Below, piece after piece: positions 35,642 through 44,542 of a DNA stretch of 64,000 nt. Positions within the stretch are counted from its first letter, which is position 1. Every line of letters starts with the position of its first letter. This DNA comes from Methanoregula sp. PtaU1.Bin051. GTDB lineage: Archaea; Halobacteriota; Methanomicrobia; Methanomicrobiales; Methanospirillaceae. A program made the translations under genes and the position numbers. Where the stretch lies: the NCBI GenBank assembly GCA_002067895.1, contig MVRE01000007.1:9149-73148 (forward strand), written 5' to 3'. Under the pieces are notes generated by a model. The model searched no databases. It was not told where the DNA came from and saw nothing but the letters and a program-made list of their open reading frames with translations.

Positions 35642-36172
35642 ATGGAAATGCACATCCATATTTTTTGGGATGCTCTCGCCCCAGAAGGACTCCAGATGCC
35701 GGTCTCCCGGAATATCGCCGCGATGACGGGGGTTAAGGCTACCGTTTCCGAGAACAATGTCCGCCTGACGGGTTATACGGGATCCAAACGGCAGGTGGAT
35801 GCGGCAGCGCTGCTTGACAGCATCAGTTCTTATAAAAGGCGCCACGAGATCACCGATCCTGTCCTCCTTGTCATCGGGCAGGACCTGTTCACCCCCAGAC
35901 ACAGTTTCGTCTTCGGGCTTGCCCGCGCCCCTGCAGGAGCAGCTGTAGTTTCGGCCGCCCGGCTTGGCAACGAATACTATGGCAGGCCGGCATGTGACGA
36001 CGATCTCATCGACCGGCTCTCAAAAGAAGGAGCCCATGAAACCGGACACCTTTTCGGGCTCGATCATTGTACAGACCCTGAATGCATCATGTATAAACCT
36101 GATACGCTTGCCGAACTGGATGGGAAGAAGAAGATGTTCTGCAGCGCATGCCGGGAAAAACTCTTCGGATGA
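35642..36172 (+). CDS. amzA: archaemetzincin
   Basis: HETGHLFGLDHCTDPECIMY...CSAC matches the archaemetzincin HExxHxxGx3Cx4CxM...CxxC signature. Confidence 0.82.
   Translation: MEMHIHIFWDALAPEGLQMPVSRNIAAMTGVKATVSENNVRLTGYTGSKRQVDAAALLDSISSYKRRHEITDPVLLVIGQDLFTPRHSFVFGLARAPAGAAVVSAARLGNEYYGRPACDDDLIDRLSKEGAHETGHLFGLDHCTDPECIMYKPDTLAELDGKKKMFCSACREKLFG
35658..35666 (-). promoter_or_regulatory. AAAAAATAT (minus strand) TATA-like box about 30 nt upstream of the UPF0146 ATG, inside amzA coding sequence
   Basis: Read directly. Confidence 0.35.
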
Positions 36173-36352
36173 TCTCATCGGCTCCCGACAGGGCCTTGGT
36201 ACTGTTCGCACAAATCCCGGCCATCCAATATCCGCTTTTATTCAGGCGATCTCAAATCGGCATCGTTTTATAATTTTAAAATATACCAAAAAAATATTCA
36301 AATCTGCCTATGAATCCGGTTAATCCCGGCTCGACCAGATCTGAACAAGGGC

Positions 36353-36583
36353 GTGATCGGTTTGGAAGTCAGTGCACCAACAACCATCCTTACTGAGGTG
36401 TATGTCGATCCCACTCTCTGCAGGTTCTGTGGTTGTTGTATTGAATTGTGTTCGATGGGGGTATTCGCAAAGAACGGGGAAACGGCATACCCAGAAAGGA
36501 GCCACCTCTGCTGCTCCTGCTTCAAATGCAACGAGTTCTGCCCTCACCACGCGATAACCATGCGATGGGTTGTCCGGGCCTGA
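36353..36583 (+). CDS. small 2x[4Fe-4S] ferredoxin-like protein
   Basis: CRFCGCCIELC and CCSCFKCNEFCP clusters. GTG start. Confidence 0.55.
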   Translation: MIGLEVSAPTTILTEVYVDPTLCRFCGCCIELCSMGVFAKNGETAYPERSHLCCSCFKCNEFCPHHAITMRWVVRA

Positions 36584-36614
36584 TCATTTCTGATAAAAAA
36601 CAGTTTCTTCTTCA

Positions 36615-39600
36615 TCAGTACTGCCGTTTCTGCCGCCATGTGTACACGATGAATGCTGTTACGAGCAGGATGACCGGAATGGCAACAAGGAGATTTCCGG
36701 TCAGCAGTGTCCCGATCCATCCGAACATGCCCGTGATCGTGGTAACTGCTGTCTTCTGCTCCGGTGACGGCTCACCACCTGTCGGTACCGGCGTTGCTTT
36801 CGTTTGCTGGGCCTTGATCGCGAGCATGCCGAACAGCGATGTCCCTTTGGGCGAATATCCCTCGAATACCATCGCGCCGGCCTGGTCTGTCCCGAGATAC
36901 CGGGTCTCAATCAGCTCGCTCTCCGTTTCATTGGATGGTATCCGTCCAATCCGTATCGCCTCCCGACCCCCGTACCGTTCGACCCATGAGGAGGGAATCG
37001 TCATCGTTATATTCGCCGATCCGGTCTGCAGGGAACCGGCTTTAATCACACCGAGTGTGAATGCGACCTCCCGTATATCAAGGTCCCGTCTGGCAGCTGC
37101 CGAACGGAACGCTGTTTGAGCGTCGGCCGTAACATTTTGCCGGATGCTCTCATTGATGAACGCCCGGGTCGTCAGGGCGAACAGGTCGGCACGCACCGAC
37201 CCGGTCACGTTGCCTTCCGTAATATTGCCGGTAAGAGGATCGGTCCGGAACTCCGCACGGTCCACTTTGCCAATAATCTTCTGGTCATTTACGGTAAAGT
37301 TACTCCCGTAGAACGTGATCAGCACGCCAGGAGAACCGTGCTGGTAGACCTCTACCCGGTTGAAGTACTGCGACACTACAGCGCCAATATCGGAAGCAGC
37401 GGCGAGATCCACGGAAAGGGTGTTCTGGTTATCGGCATTAAAACTGAGACCCTTAAAACCAATCGGATACGATTCACTCACCTCACCCGGATCTTCTGCG
37501 GCTGATCTTTCCTGCGAGGAGGCGGGTTCCTCTTGGGGGGGAGCGAGCTGTTGCCTCTGTTGCTCAGGTTCTTGGACAGGAGCAGGAGCTGGATTCTCGG
37601 GAGCAGCCCCATCGCTGGAAGAGGAGTCGCTACCGGATGTGCCGGGATCCGGAGCCGGCGGGGCCGGCGGGGCAGGGGCTGTGACAGTGATATAGCCGGT
37701 CTTTCTCTCGCTGTCATATCCGTCCGCATTGTATGACTGCAGCGAGACCTTATATGTACCGATTGTATTGTAGATATGCGTTGGATTCCTAAGTTCCGAT
37801 CCAAAAGTCTCCAGCTGCCAGACATCATTATAGGCCGTTGCCCCGTCATATCCCCCTGTCATGACAATGTTTCCGTTCCTTGTTACGACACCCGAATGAT
37901 ACGCCCTCGCCGACAGCCACCCGGCGTCCGCCCTTTCCTGCGTCCAGGTGACGCCCCTGTCAGTGGATCTCCAGACATCGGTTTTCAAAGCGCCATCATC
38001 ACCGCCAAAGAGCACGATGCTGTCATCGGGCATTACCACGGCTGCAAAAACACTTCGTGCCGACCATCCCGCAGCTGCAGTCTGTCGTGTCCAGCCGGCA
38101 CCCCTGTCTGATGAAATCCAGACATCATTGAGTCGTATTCCATTGTTAGATCCGCCCATGATCACGATGCTGTCGTCATGCAACGCCACGGCCGCGTGGT
38201 ATGCCCGTGGATCCCAGCCCGGTGCTGCCGTCTGCTGTGTCCATGTCGCGCCATTCGTCGTTGAGATCCAGACGTCGTTCAGTGAACCCCCGTCGCTTCC
38301 TCCCATAAGAACGAGACTCCCGTCGGAAAGGGCAACGCCCGCATGGCCCGCTCTTCCCGGCCATCCGGCAGCGCTTGTCTGTTCCGTCCAGGTAGAGCCT
38401 TTGTTGCTGGATATCCAGACATCATGCATCAGGGTTCCGCCGGCATCCCCCCCCATGAGTATGATGCTCCCGTCTGGCATCACCGCACCGGCATGGCGGT
38501 GTCTTGGCGGCCACCCTGCGCTTTTATTCACCCGGGTCCATACTGCACCGTTATTGACAGATCTCCAGACGTCATTGAAATCGTTCCCCCAAACGTCCCA
38601 GCCGCCCATGAGGATAATGCTTCCATCCGGCAGCAGGCTGGTTATATGATCGCGTCTCTCCTTCCACCCCGCGCTCTCTGTCATCACAACCCAGTTCATG
38701 CCGCTGTTCGTGGATCTCCAGACATCGTTATTCATGCCGCCGCCGATCAGCAGGATACTGTCGTCTGAGAGAATGACGCCCGTATGGCCTTCCCTCCCCT
38801 CCCATTCCGCGGATGCGGTTCTCCGCACCCAGGACTGACCCTTGTCAGAAGACATCCAGACATCGTTGTATCGTGTCCCGGCACCGTCATCACCGCCGAA
38901 AAGAATGATCTGGTCAGCGGAATTCACAACGCTGGTGTGATGATATCTTGGGTTCCATGGGGCTGCCCCGATCTGCGTCGTCCAGGTAGCCCCGTTATCC
39001 GTCGATATCCAGACATCATTTGTAGGACCCAGCGAATCAAATCCGCCCATCAGGACAATGCTTCCGTCGGAGAGCACAACGCTGCTCTGACCCCCCCTCT
39101 CACCCCAGTCTGCTCCCAAAACAGGATCGGTCATCTCCGTCCACGTAGCGCCGCCATCGATAGATCTCCAGACGTCATGGGTAGGGCCTGTCGCATCAAA
39201 CCCGCCCATCAGGAGGATGCTGTCATCGGGGAGGACAACGGTGCTGTGATCGGTCCTCGGTGTCCAGTCGCCGCCGAATCCATTCTGGCCCCAGAACTCA
39301 CCATTATTCGTGGACTGCCAGACCTCATCAAGCAGAATACCCTCATGGCTCCCGCCCATCAGCACGATTGTCCCGTCGGAGAGCACAACGCTCGAATGGC
39401 CTACCCTCTCATCCCACCCGGCAGCCGGAGTCTGCCGTTCCCATGAGACGCCCCTGTCGGTGGATCTCCAGACATCATTTTTTGCCGCGGGATCATCCCC
39501 TCCCATGATGACAATGCTGTCATCGGGGAGTGCCACGCTGGTGAGGTATTCTCTCCCTGACCACCCGACACTGTCCGCTGTCCGGGCCCAGAAACCCGAG

Positions 39601-39818
39601 TAATCCTCGTCGCCAAAGAACCATGCCCATCCGGCAGGTAGATTCGTTGACGTGTCGGTGAAGGCAACAGTGAGCGGGGGACTGCCGGTTGTGGGCGTGC
39701 CGGTAAAATCGGCAACGGGAGGTAGAGCCGAAGCTACTGAGATGAAAAGAGGAGCGGCGATTAAGACGGAAAGGCAAAATACCGGAATCCAGCCTGATGC
39801 TTTCTTTGACCTTTCCAT
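36615..39818 (-). CDS. large cell-surface protein: signal peptide, split PKD domain containing 12 Kelch/Asp-box blades, Pro-rich linker, ~230-aa conserved surface domain, C-terminal TM anchor
   Basis: 12 repeats of the hhhMGG...DVW.S.D.G..W pattern. PKD halves PVADFTGTPTTGSPPLTVAFTDTS...WAWFFGD and NPTHIYNTIGTYKVSLQSYN...GYITV. C-terminal hydrophobic stretch followed by RQKRQY. Confidence 0.8.
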   Translation of the reverse strand: MERSKKASGWIPVFCLSVLIAAPLFISVASALPPVADFTGTPTTGSPPLTVAFTDTSTNLPAGWAWFFGDEDYSGFWARTADSVGWSGREYLTSVALPDDSIVIMGGDDPAAKNDVWRSTDRGVSWERQTPAAGWDERVGHSSVVLSDGTIVLMGGSHEGILLDEVWQSTNNGEFWGQNGFGGDWTPRTDHSTVVLPDDSILLMGGFDATGPTHDVWRSIDGGATWTEMTDPVLGADWGERGGQSSVVLSDGSIVLMGGFDSLGPTNDVWISTDNGATWTTQIGAAPWNPRYHHTSVVNSADQIILFGGDDGAGTRYNDVWMSSDKGQSWVRRTASAEWEGREGHTGVILSDDSILLIGGGMNNDVWRSTNSGMNWVVMTESAGWKERRDHITSLLPDGSIILMGGWDVWGNDFNDVWRSVNNGAVWTRVNKSAGWPPRHRHAGAVMPDGSIILMGGDAGGTLMHDVWISSNKGSTWTEQTSAAGWPGRAGHAGVALSDGSLVLMGGSDGGSLNDVWISTTNGATWTQQTAAPGWDPRAYHAAVALHDDSIVIMGGSNNGIRLNDVWISSDRGAGWTRQTAAAGWSARSVFAAVVMPDDSIVLFGGDDGALKTDVWRSTDRGVTWTQERADAGWLSARAYHSGVVTRNGNIVMTGGYDGATAYNDVWQLETFGSELRNPTHIYNTIGTYKVSLQSYNADGYDSERKTGYITVTAPAPPAPPAPDPGTSGSDSSSSDGAAPENPAPAPVQEPEQQRQQLAPPQEEPASSQERSAAEDPGEVSESYPIGFKGLSFNADNQNTLSVDLAAASDIGAVVSQYFNRVEVYQHGSPGVLITFYGSNFTVNDQKIIGKVDRAEFRTDPLTGNITEGNVTGSVRADLFALTTRAFINESIRQNVTADAQTAFRSAAARRDLDIREVAFTLGVIKAGSLQTGSANITMTIPSSWVERYGGREAIRIGRIPSNETESELIETRYLGTDQAGAMVFEGYSPKGTSLFGMLAIKAQQTKATPVPTGGEPSPEQKTAVTTITGMFGWIGTLLTGNLLVAIPVILLVTAFIVYTWRQKRQY

Positions 39819-40267
39819 CGCTTTGCACGTCCCAGGACTGCATGCAGAACTGAAATGGTTACAAACGCGGGATTGCTGGGACCTTCATGGAACAGTACTT
39901 TGTCGGAGCGGATGAGTAATCACAGAGATGGTCGCGTATTAACCAATTCCTGTGCGGGTTGTGTGTCTGGCGTTTTGCCTGCACAATGCTATTGGTTTTA
40001 TTCAATTTTTTGGATTATAGTTTTTTAATGACACCCACCTATTTATTCTTTTTTATTTGGATTGATACAATTGAATGATTCCATTACGTTCCATATCTCA
40101 TCGGGTAATCGGGAAACAGGGAAGGTCCTGGACACCGCATCGTACTGCAACAATTAATATGGCACGCAGGACGGCTGGACGGGATTGTTGAAAGAATGAT
40201 ATCACCACTCTGTGCTTTTCACGCCGGCTCCATTTTTTCATGAAGCGTGGTGATGCCGGAACCTGGT

Positions 40268-41233
40268 CTATGCCGGCATCTCCGGCATCTTCCTGGCAAG
40301 GTACCAGGCATGGATACCGATCAGAAGGTAGACCGGGAACAGGATGCTGTACGTGTTCAACTCTCCCCAGAACTTGAAGATCCAGATCGTGACCGTGACA
40401 TCGATCTGGAAGACCATGATCCCCCACCACCGCCCCAGGTAGCCGTACCCGAGACCCGGCAGCATGAAATTAAGGAAGCCTGCAACGAGCGGATTCTTCC
40501 GGTTCCGCGGCCGGATCGCGAGCCACCGCGGGAGACGTACCGGGGGGATCCCGATCTTCTGGGAGGTGAGTACGGCCTTCCACCGGACATCGCTGTCAGC
40601 GTCAGAGAGGGCTTTTAAAACGATCGGTTCGGCATCCCTGCACCGCAACTCCCCCAGCGTGTCAAGGACTTTTAACCGTACACCGGCATCCCGGTCCTTC
40701 ATGGCGTTGGCAAGGGCCGGAATCGACGGCGCCCCAATCTCCTTTAACACCCTCCACTCCTCAAACCCGAGGAAATAGAAGGCGCGTTCGGTCTGGTCAC
40801 GGGGTTTCCAGCCGATGCGCGAGAGAGCAAATGCCGCGCCATATCTCACGTATTTGTCTGGGTCCTTCAGCGCCTGCGACAACGGTTCAGTCGCCCGGGA
40901 ATCTTCGATCTCTCCCAGCGCGATTGCGGCAACCCACCGGACCTCGTTACTCTCATCGGTCAGGCAGGCGATCAGCGGTTCAACGGCCCGGGTTTCCCGG
41001 ATCTTCCCGAGCGCTTCGATAATCCCCAGCTTCCCGATACGGTCACTGGTTTTCAGGGCAGTAAGAAGCGCCCCGGCCGCATCAGGCCCGAAGGTGCAGA
41101 GTGCTGACGCAGCCTCTTTCTGGATCGTCACGTCAGGGAACCGGAGCGCCCCGATCAGGCCCTGGAGATCTTTTCTCTGCCGGAGTTCCCCGATATCCGG
41201 TTTTTTCCTGGGAAAGAGTGACGCAAAATCCAT
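40268..41233 (-). CDS. HEAT (PBS-lyase-type) repeat protein with C-terminal multi-TM module
   Basis: Repeated AxxALGxIGDxRAxxPL units. C-terminus NPLVAGFLNFMLPGLGYGYLGRWWG followed by TM helices. Confidence 0.75.
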   Translation of the reverse strand: MDFASLFPRKKPDIGELRQRKDLQGLIGALRFPDVTIQKEAASALCTFGPDAAGALLTALKTSDRIGKLGIIEALGKIRETRAVEPLIACLTDESNEVRWVAAIALGEIEDSRATEPLSQALKDPDKYVRYGAAFALSRIGWKPRDQTERAFYFLGFEEWRVLKEIGAPSIPALANAMKDRDAGVRLKVLDTLGELRCRDAEPIVLKALSDADSDVRWKAVLTSQKIGIPPVRLPRWLAIRPRNRKNPLVAGFLNFMLPGLGYGYLGRWWGIMVFQIDVTVTIWIFKFWGELNTYSILFPVYLLIGIHAWYLARKMPEMPA

Positions 41234-41244
41234 GATATGCCTCT

Positions 41245-42249
41245 TTAGAGATCGGGAACCTTTCCTGCCATCCGGTAGGTCTGGTAGGCAAAGAGTGCCG
41301 TAACCGGATACGAATAAAGATTGGGATAAACGCTGAACAGCGGAAGATCCAGATTTATCTCAATACTCAGGATAACCATCATGGTCATATACGACATGAA
41401 GATCAGAAAACCCCACCATTTCCCGAGGTAATTATACCCCAGTCCCAAGAAGAACAGGTTCAACACGGCTGCTGCATAAGGATTCGGCCGCATCCTCGGC
41501 CTGCAGCTCACGTACAGAGGAAGGTCGATAATGGGGATCCCGCATTTCGTTGAAGCGAGAACCGCTTTCCAGCGAATACCTGCGTCAGGATCACTTAGTG
41601 CTCTGTTGCATGCCTGCTGAACAGGCCCGCCCCTCATCTCACCGAGGATCTCAACAGCACGGTTTCGTACCTGTCGATCTTTGTCGGAAAGAGCACGGAT
41701 CAGGAGCGGGACAGCTGGCGGGCCAATCCCTTTAAGCGCTTTCCAGTTTTGAAAGGCAAAAGAGAGATCAGCTGCCTGCTCCGTATTCTCAGGTACCCAA
41801 TCCAGCTGATGCAGTGAGCCGGCTGCGCCGAACCGGATGAACTTGTCCGGGCTTTTCAGGCTTTCTACCAGTGGCCCGATTGCCCTTGGATCACCGATCT
41901 GGCCGAGTGCAATGGCGGCTGCCCATTGCACTTCTGCATTGGGATCATGTGCAAGAGCATCAATAAGGGCCGGAACGCAGGTCGGATCGCGGATCTCGGC
42001 AAGTGCCTCAAGAGCGCCGAGCCTGACCGCGACATGATGATTATCGAGACACTTTACCAGAGTCCCAGTCGCTGCAGGGCCGGCTGCCCCGAGCGCTTCT
42101 GCAGCTCTCCACTGCACATCGGGGTGCCGGTTTTCGAGCAGGCCCGCAAGGCTCCTGAGATCCCCTTTCAATCGCAGAGCATCGATCGTGTGTTGCGGCA
42201 CATGGCGCCATGACAGAAGGTGGGACAACAGGTATAATGGAAACTGCAT
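41245..42249 (-). CDS. HEAT repeat protein with C-terminal multi-TM module (tandem paralog)
   Basis: Same architecture as the neighbouring gene. C-terminus NPYAAAVLNLFFLGLGYNYLGKWWG. 11-nt spacer to the neighbouring paralog. Confidence 0.75.
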   Translation of the reverse strand: MQFPLYLLSHLLSWRHVPQHTIDALRLKGDLRSLAGLLENRHPDVQWRAAEALGAAGPAATGTLVKCLDNHHVAVRLGALEALAEIRDPTCVPALIDALAHDPNAEVQWAAAIALGQIGDPRAIGPLVESLKSPDKFIRFGAAGSLHQLDWVPENTEQAADLSFAFQNWKALKGIGPPAVPLLIRALSDKDRQVRNRAVEILGEMRGGPVQQACNRALSDPDAGIRWKAVLASTKCGIPIIDLPLYVSCRPRMRPNPYAAAVLNLFFLGLGYNYLGKWWGFLIFMSYMTMMVILSIEINLDLPLFSVYPNLYSYPVTALFAYQTYRMAGKVPDL

Positions 42250-42364
42250 TGATGGTGTATGGATGCGGGTTTTACATCAATGCTTTGTTTTAAAAAACAT
42301 GCAACGCCCCGATAGGGGAAAATTATTAAAAGGGATACATGCTGTAACCGGTAATTGTCCCTGA

Positions 42365-43351
42365 ATGTATCGCTGTTTTGCTATTACCGCTCCATCATCA
42401 TCCGCCGCCCATGACTGTCCCGGCCATCCTGAGTGCGAGGAACGGCTGCTTGCTGCCTGTTCCGGCATCCCGGCAGAAGTGCCGGTGAAGACGGCAGGGC
42501 CCGCATCCGGCGATGACCTCGCGCTGGTTCACGACCGGGCTTATATCAGTCACGTTTACGAACGGTGCCGGACGACGCAGACGGTAAGTTTCCTCGATCC
42601 TGACACTTACATTACACCGGCATCGTACGGGATTGCAGCCAATGCCGCCGGCTGTGCGATTGAAGCCGTGGAAAGATCGCTTGAAGGAGAGCATTCTTTT
42701 GCGCTCGCCCGCCCCCCCGGCCATCATGCAGAGCACAACCGGTCCCTCGGGTTCTGCATCTTCAATAATGTCGCTGTCGCTGCAGCAGTATCTATAAACA
42801 CGGCTGGCCGTATCGCAATCGTAGACTGGGATTACCACCATGGCAACGGTACCCAGCACGCCTTCTATGACTCAGGGCGCGTCCTGTACTGCTCGGTGCA
42901 CCACGGGTATGCATTCCCCTTCACTGGCTCTGCCGGGGAGACAGGTGCCGGCCCGGGGGAAGGGTTCACCATAAATGCACCCCTGTCGGCCGGATCTACG
43001 CTTGCCGACTACCGGCTTGTCTTTTCTGAAATTATTGCCCCTGCCATACGACGCTTCGATCCCGGTGCCGTGATCGTTTCTGCGGGGCAGGACATACTGT
43101 ATGATGACATGCTCGGGGTGATGGCAGTAAGACCGGCTGACTTCGAGGTGTTGACGGCAATCCTGCTGCAGGCCGCAGAAGTCCCTCTTGCCCTTATCCT
43201 TGAAGGGGGATATGGCCCATCGCATGGTGCAGCGATCAGGCATATCTTCAGGGCGCTGCAGTCCGGGACCATGCCGGACACCGACATCCCGCCCGCTCTG
43301 CCGGAGACCGCCGGGCTGGTTGACAGCCTTAAGAAGCTTCACCGGATCTGA
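42365..43351 (+). CDS. histone deacetylase / acetoin-utilisation (AcuC) family deacetylase
   Basis: RPPGHHAE, GFCIFNNVA and DWDYHHGNGTQ catalytic motifs. Confidence 0.85.
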   Translation: MYRCFAITAPSSSAAHDCPGHPECEERLLAACSGIPAEVPVKTAGPASGDDLALVHDRAYISHVYERCRTTQTVSFLDPDTYITPASYGIAANAAGCAIEAVERSLEGEHSFALARPPGHHAEHNRSLGFCIFNNVAVAAAVSINTAGRIAIVDWDYHHGNGTQHAFYDSGRVLYCSVHHGYAFPFTGSAGETGAGPGEGFTINAPLSAGSTLADYRLVFSEIIAPAIRRFDPGAVIVSAGQDILYDDMLGVMAVRPADFEVLTAILLQAAEVPLALILEGGYGPSHGAAIRHIFRALQSGTMPDTDIPPALPETAGLVDSLKKLHRI

Positions 43352-43359
43352 AGATTTCC

Positions 43360-43644
43360 TTAGGATTCAGCATTGCTGGTATTTTCATGGAGTATCTGCT
43401 TCCGGCTGATACTTTCAAAGGCTTCCCTTATTGTGTCCCGTGCATCGTCCCGTTCAATCCGGTACAGCCGCCCGAAGTGGGGAACGCCCCGAACGTCACC
43501 GATCCTGCCGGGCGCCCATGCGGCCTTCAGCCTTACGCGGGCATCATCGTCCCAGAGGGTGTCAATCAGGGCGTCCACGGCACCGGGACTTCCAAGCCTT
43601 CCTAAGGGATTCTGCCGCTTTCCAGCGGACATTCTCTTCGTCAT
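43360..43644 (-). CDS. short HEAT-repeat protein (possibly a remnant of a third paralog)
   Basis: AVDALIDTLWDDDARVRLKAAWAPGRIGD is one to two HEAT units. 94 aa, no TM module. Confidence 0.45.
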   Translation of the reverse strand: MTKRMSAGKRQNPLGRLGSPGAVDALIDTLWDDDARVRLKAAWAPGRIGDVRGVPHFGRLYRIERDDARDTIREAFESISRKQILHENTSNAES

Positions 43645-43797
43645 TCAGGAGCTGTGGCCGATCAGAAAACCGATCCGTTCCGGTGTACACAGAGTTCCCT
43701 TTTTGGATCTGTCCTGGTTCTCATGTCCGGTATTTCCTTCCATCGTTCATCCCGGCTGGAAAACGCGTTCTGGACGACGTTGAAAAAGAGTAAGCAA

Positions 43798-44319
43798 TTA
43801 TTCTTTCTCCTTGATGTAGACTACGCCATCCGGTTCCCTGTAATCCGTCTTGATCACGATAGTATTCGAGATCCGGTTGAAGAGGCGGAGTTTGGTGCCC
43901 GGCATGGCAAGCCACCCGATCAGGCAGTCGAGCACGAGTACCGGCAGGAATGCCTTGCCGAGACTCTCTATCGCGGCCGTCTCGTACTTCAGCCTGCTTC
44001 CGTCGCGGTTTACGACTTTTAAGTTCATCACCATCTTTCCGATCGACTGCCCTTTATAGCCTTCGGCAAGCGTCCAGTACACGTAGAAGAAGAATGTCTG
44101 GAATCCCAGTTCAAAGGGATCGAGTTTATTGAGTTCCCAGAGGTGACTTATCGGCCAGGCCCAGTTGAGCGCCCCGATTACGATATTCAAAAAGAGGAGG
44201 ATGAGGATAAAATCGATGAGCCATGCCCAGAACCGGGCGCTCCACTTTGCAAGGTAGAGGGTGTTGGCAGGCACCGGTTCAGGCAGCCCGGAGCCGTTTC
44301 CGTTATATGTGCGTTCCAT
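43798..44319 (-). CDS. RDD-family membrane protein
   Basis: ARFWAWLIDFILI..., GQSIGKMVMNLKVV and RLFNRISNT are typical RDD features. ATG at 44319 (GTG at 44340 is the alternative). Confidence 0.7.
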   Translation of the reverse strand: MERTYNGNGSGLPEPVPANTLYLAKWSARFWAWLIDFILILLFLNIVIGALNWAWPISHLWELNKLDPFELGFQTFFFYVYWTLAEGYKGQSIGKMVMNLKVVNRDGSRLKYETAAIESLGKAFLPVLVLDCLIGWLAMPGTKLRLFNRISNTIVIKTDYREPDGVVYIKEKE

Positions 44320-44542
44320 AATCCGATCACATGTTCGCACGTTTCTGGAATGAATCTTGCCTTTTGGGAGTATCGCGGCAGGTACGGCTTACACGATCTC
44401 CTGTTTCAGAGTACTGGTGCGCAGGTGTATTTCCTGAAAATAATATCATAAGTTTTATGATTTCCCCGGACAACGAAATGTCTCAGTGATAAGGGGATGA
44501 AAGCACTTCAGAAACAGATTTTCAGTATCCTTGTCGTCGGTG

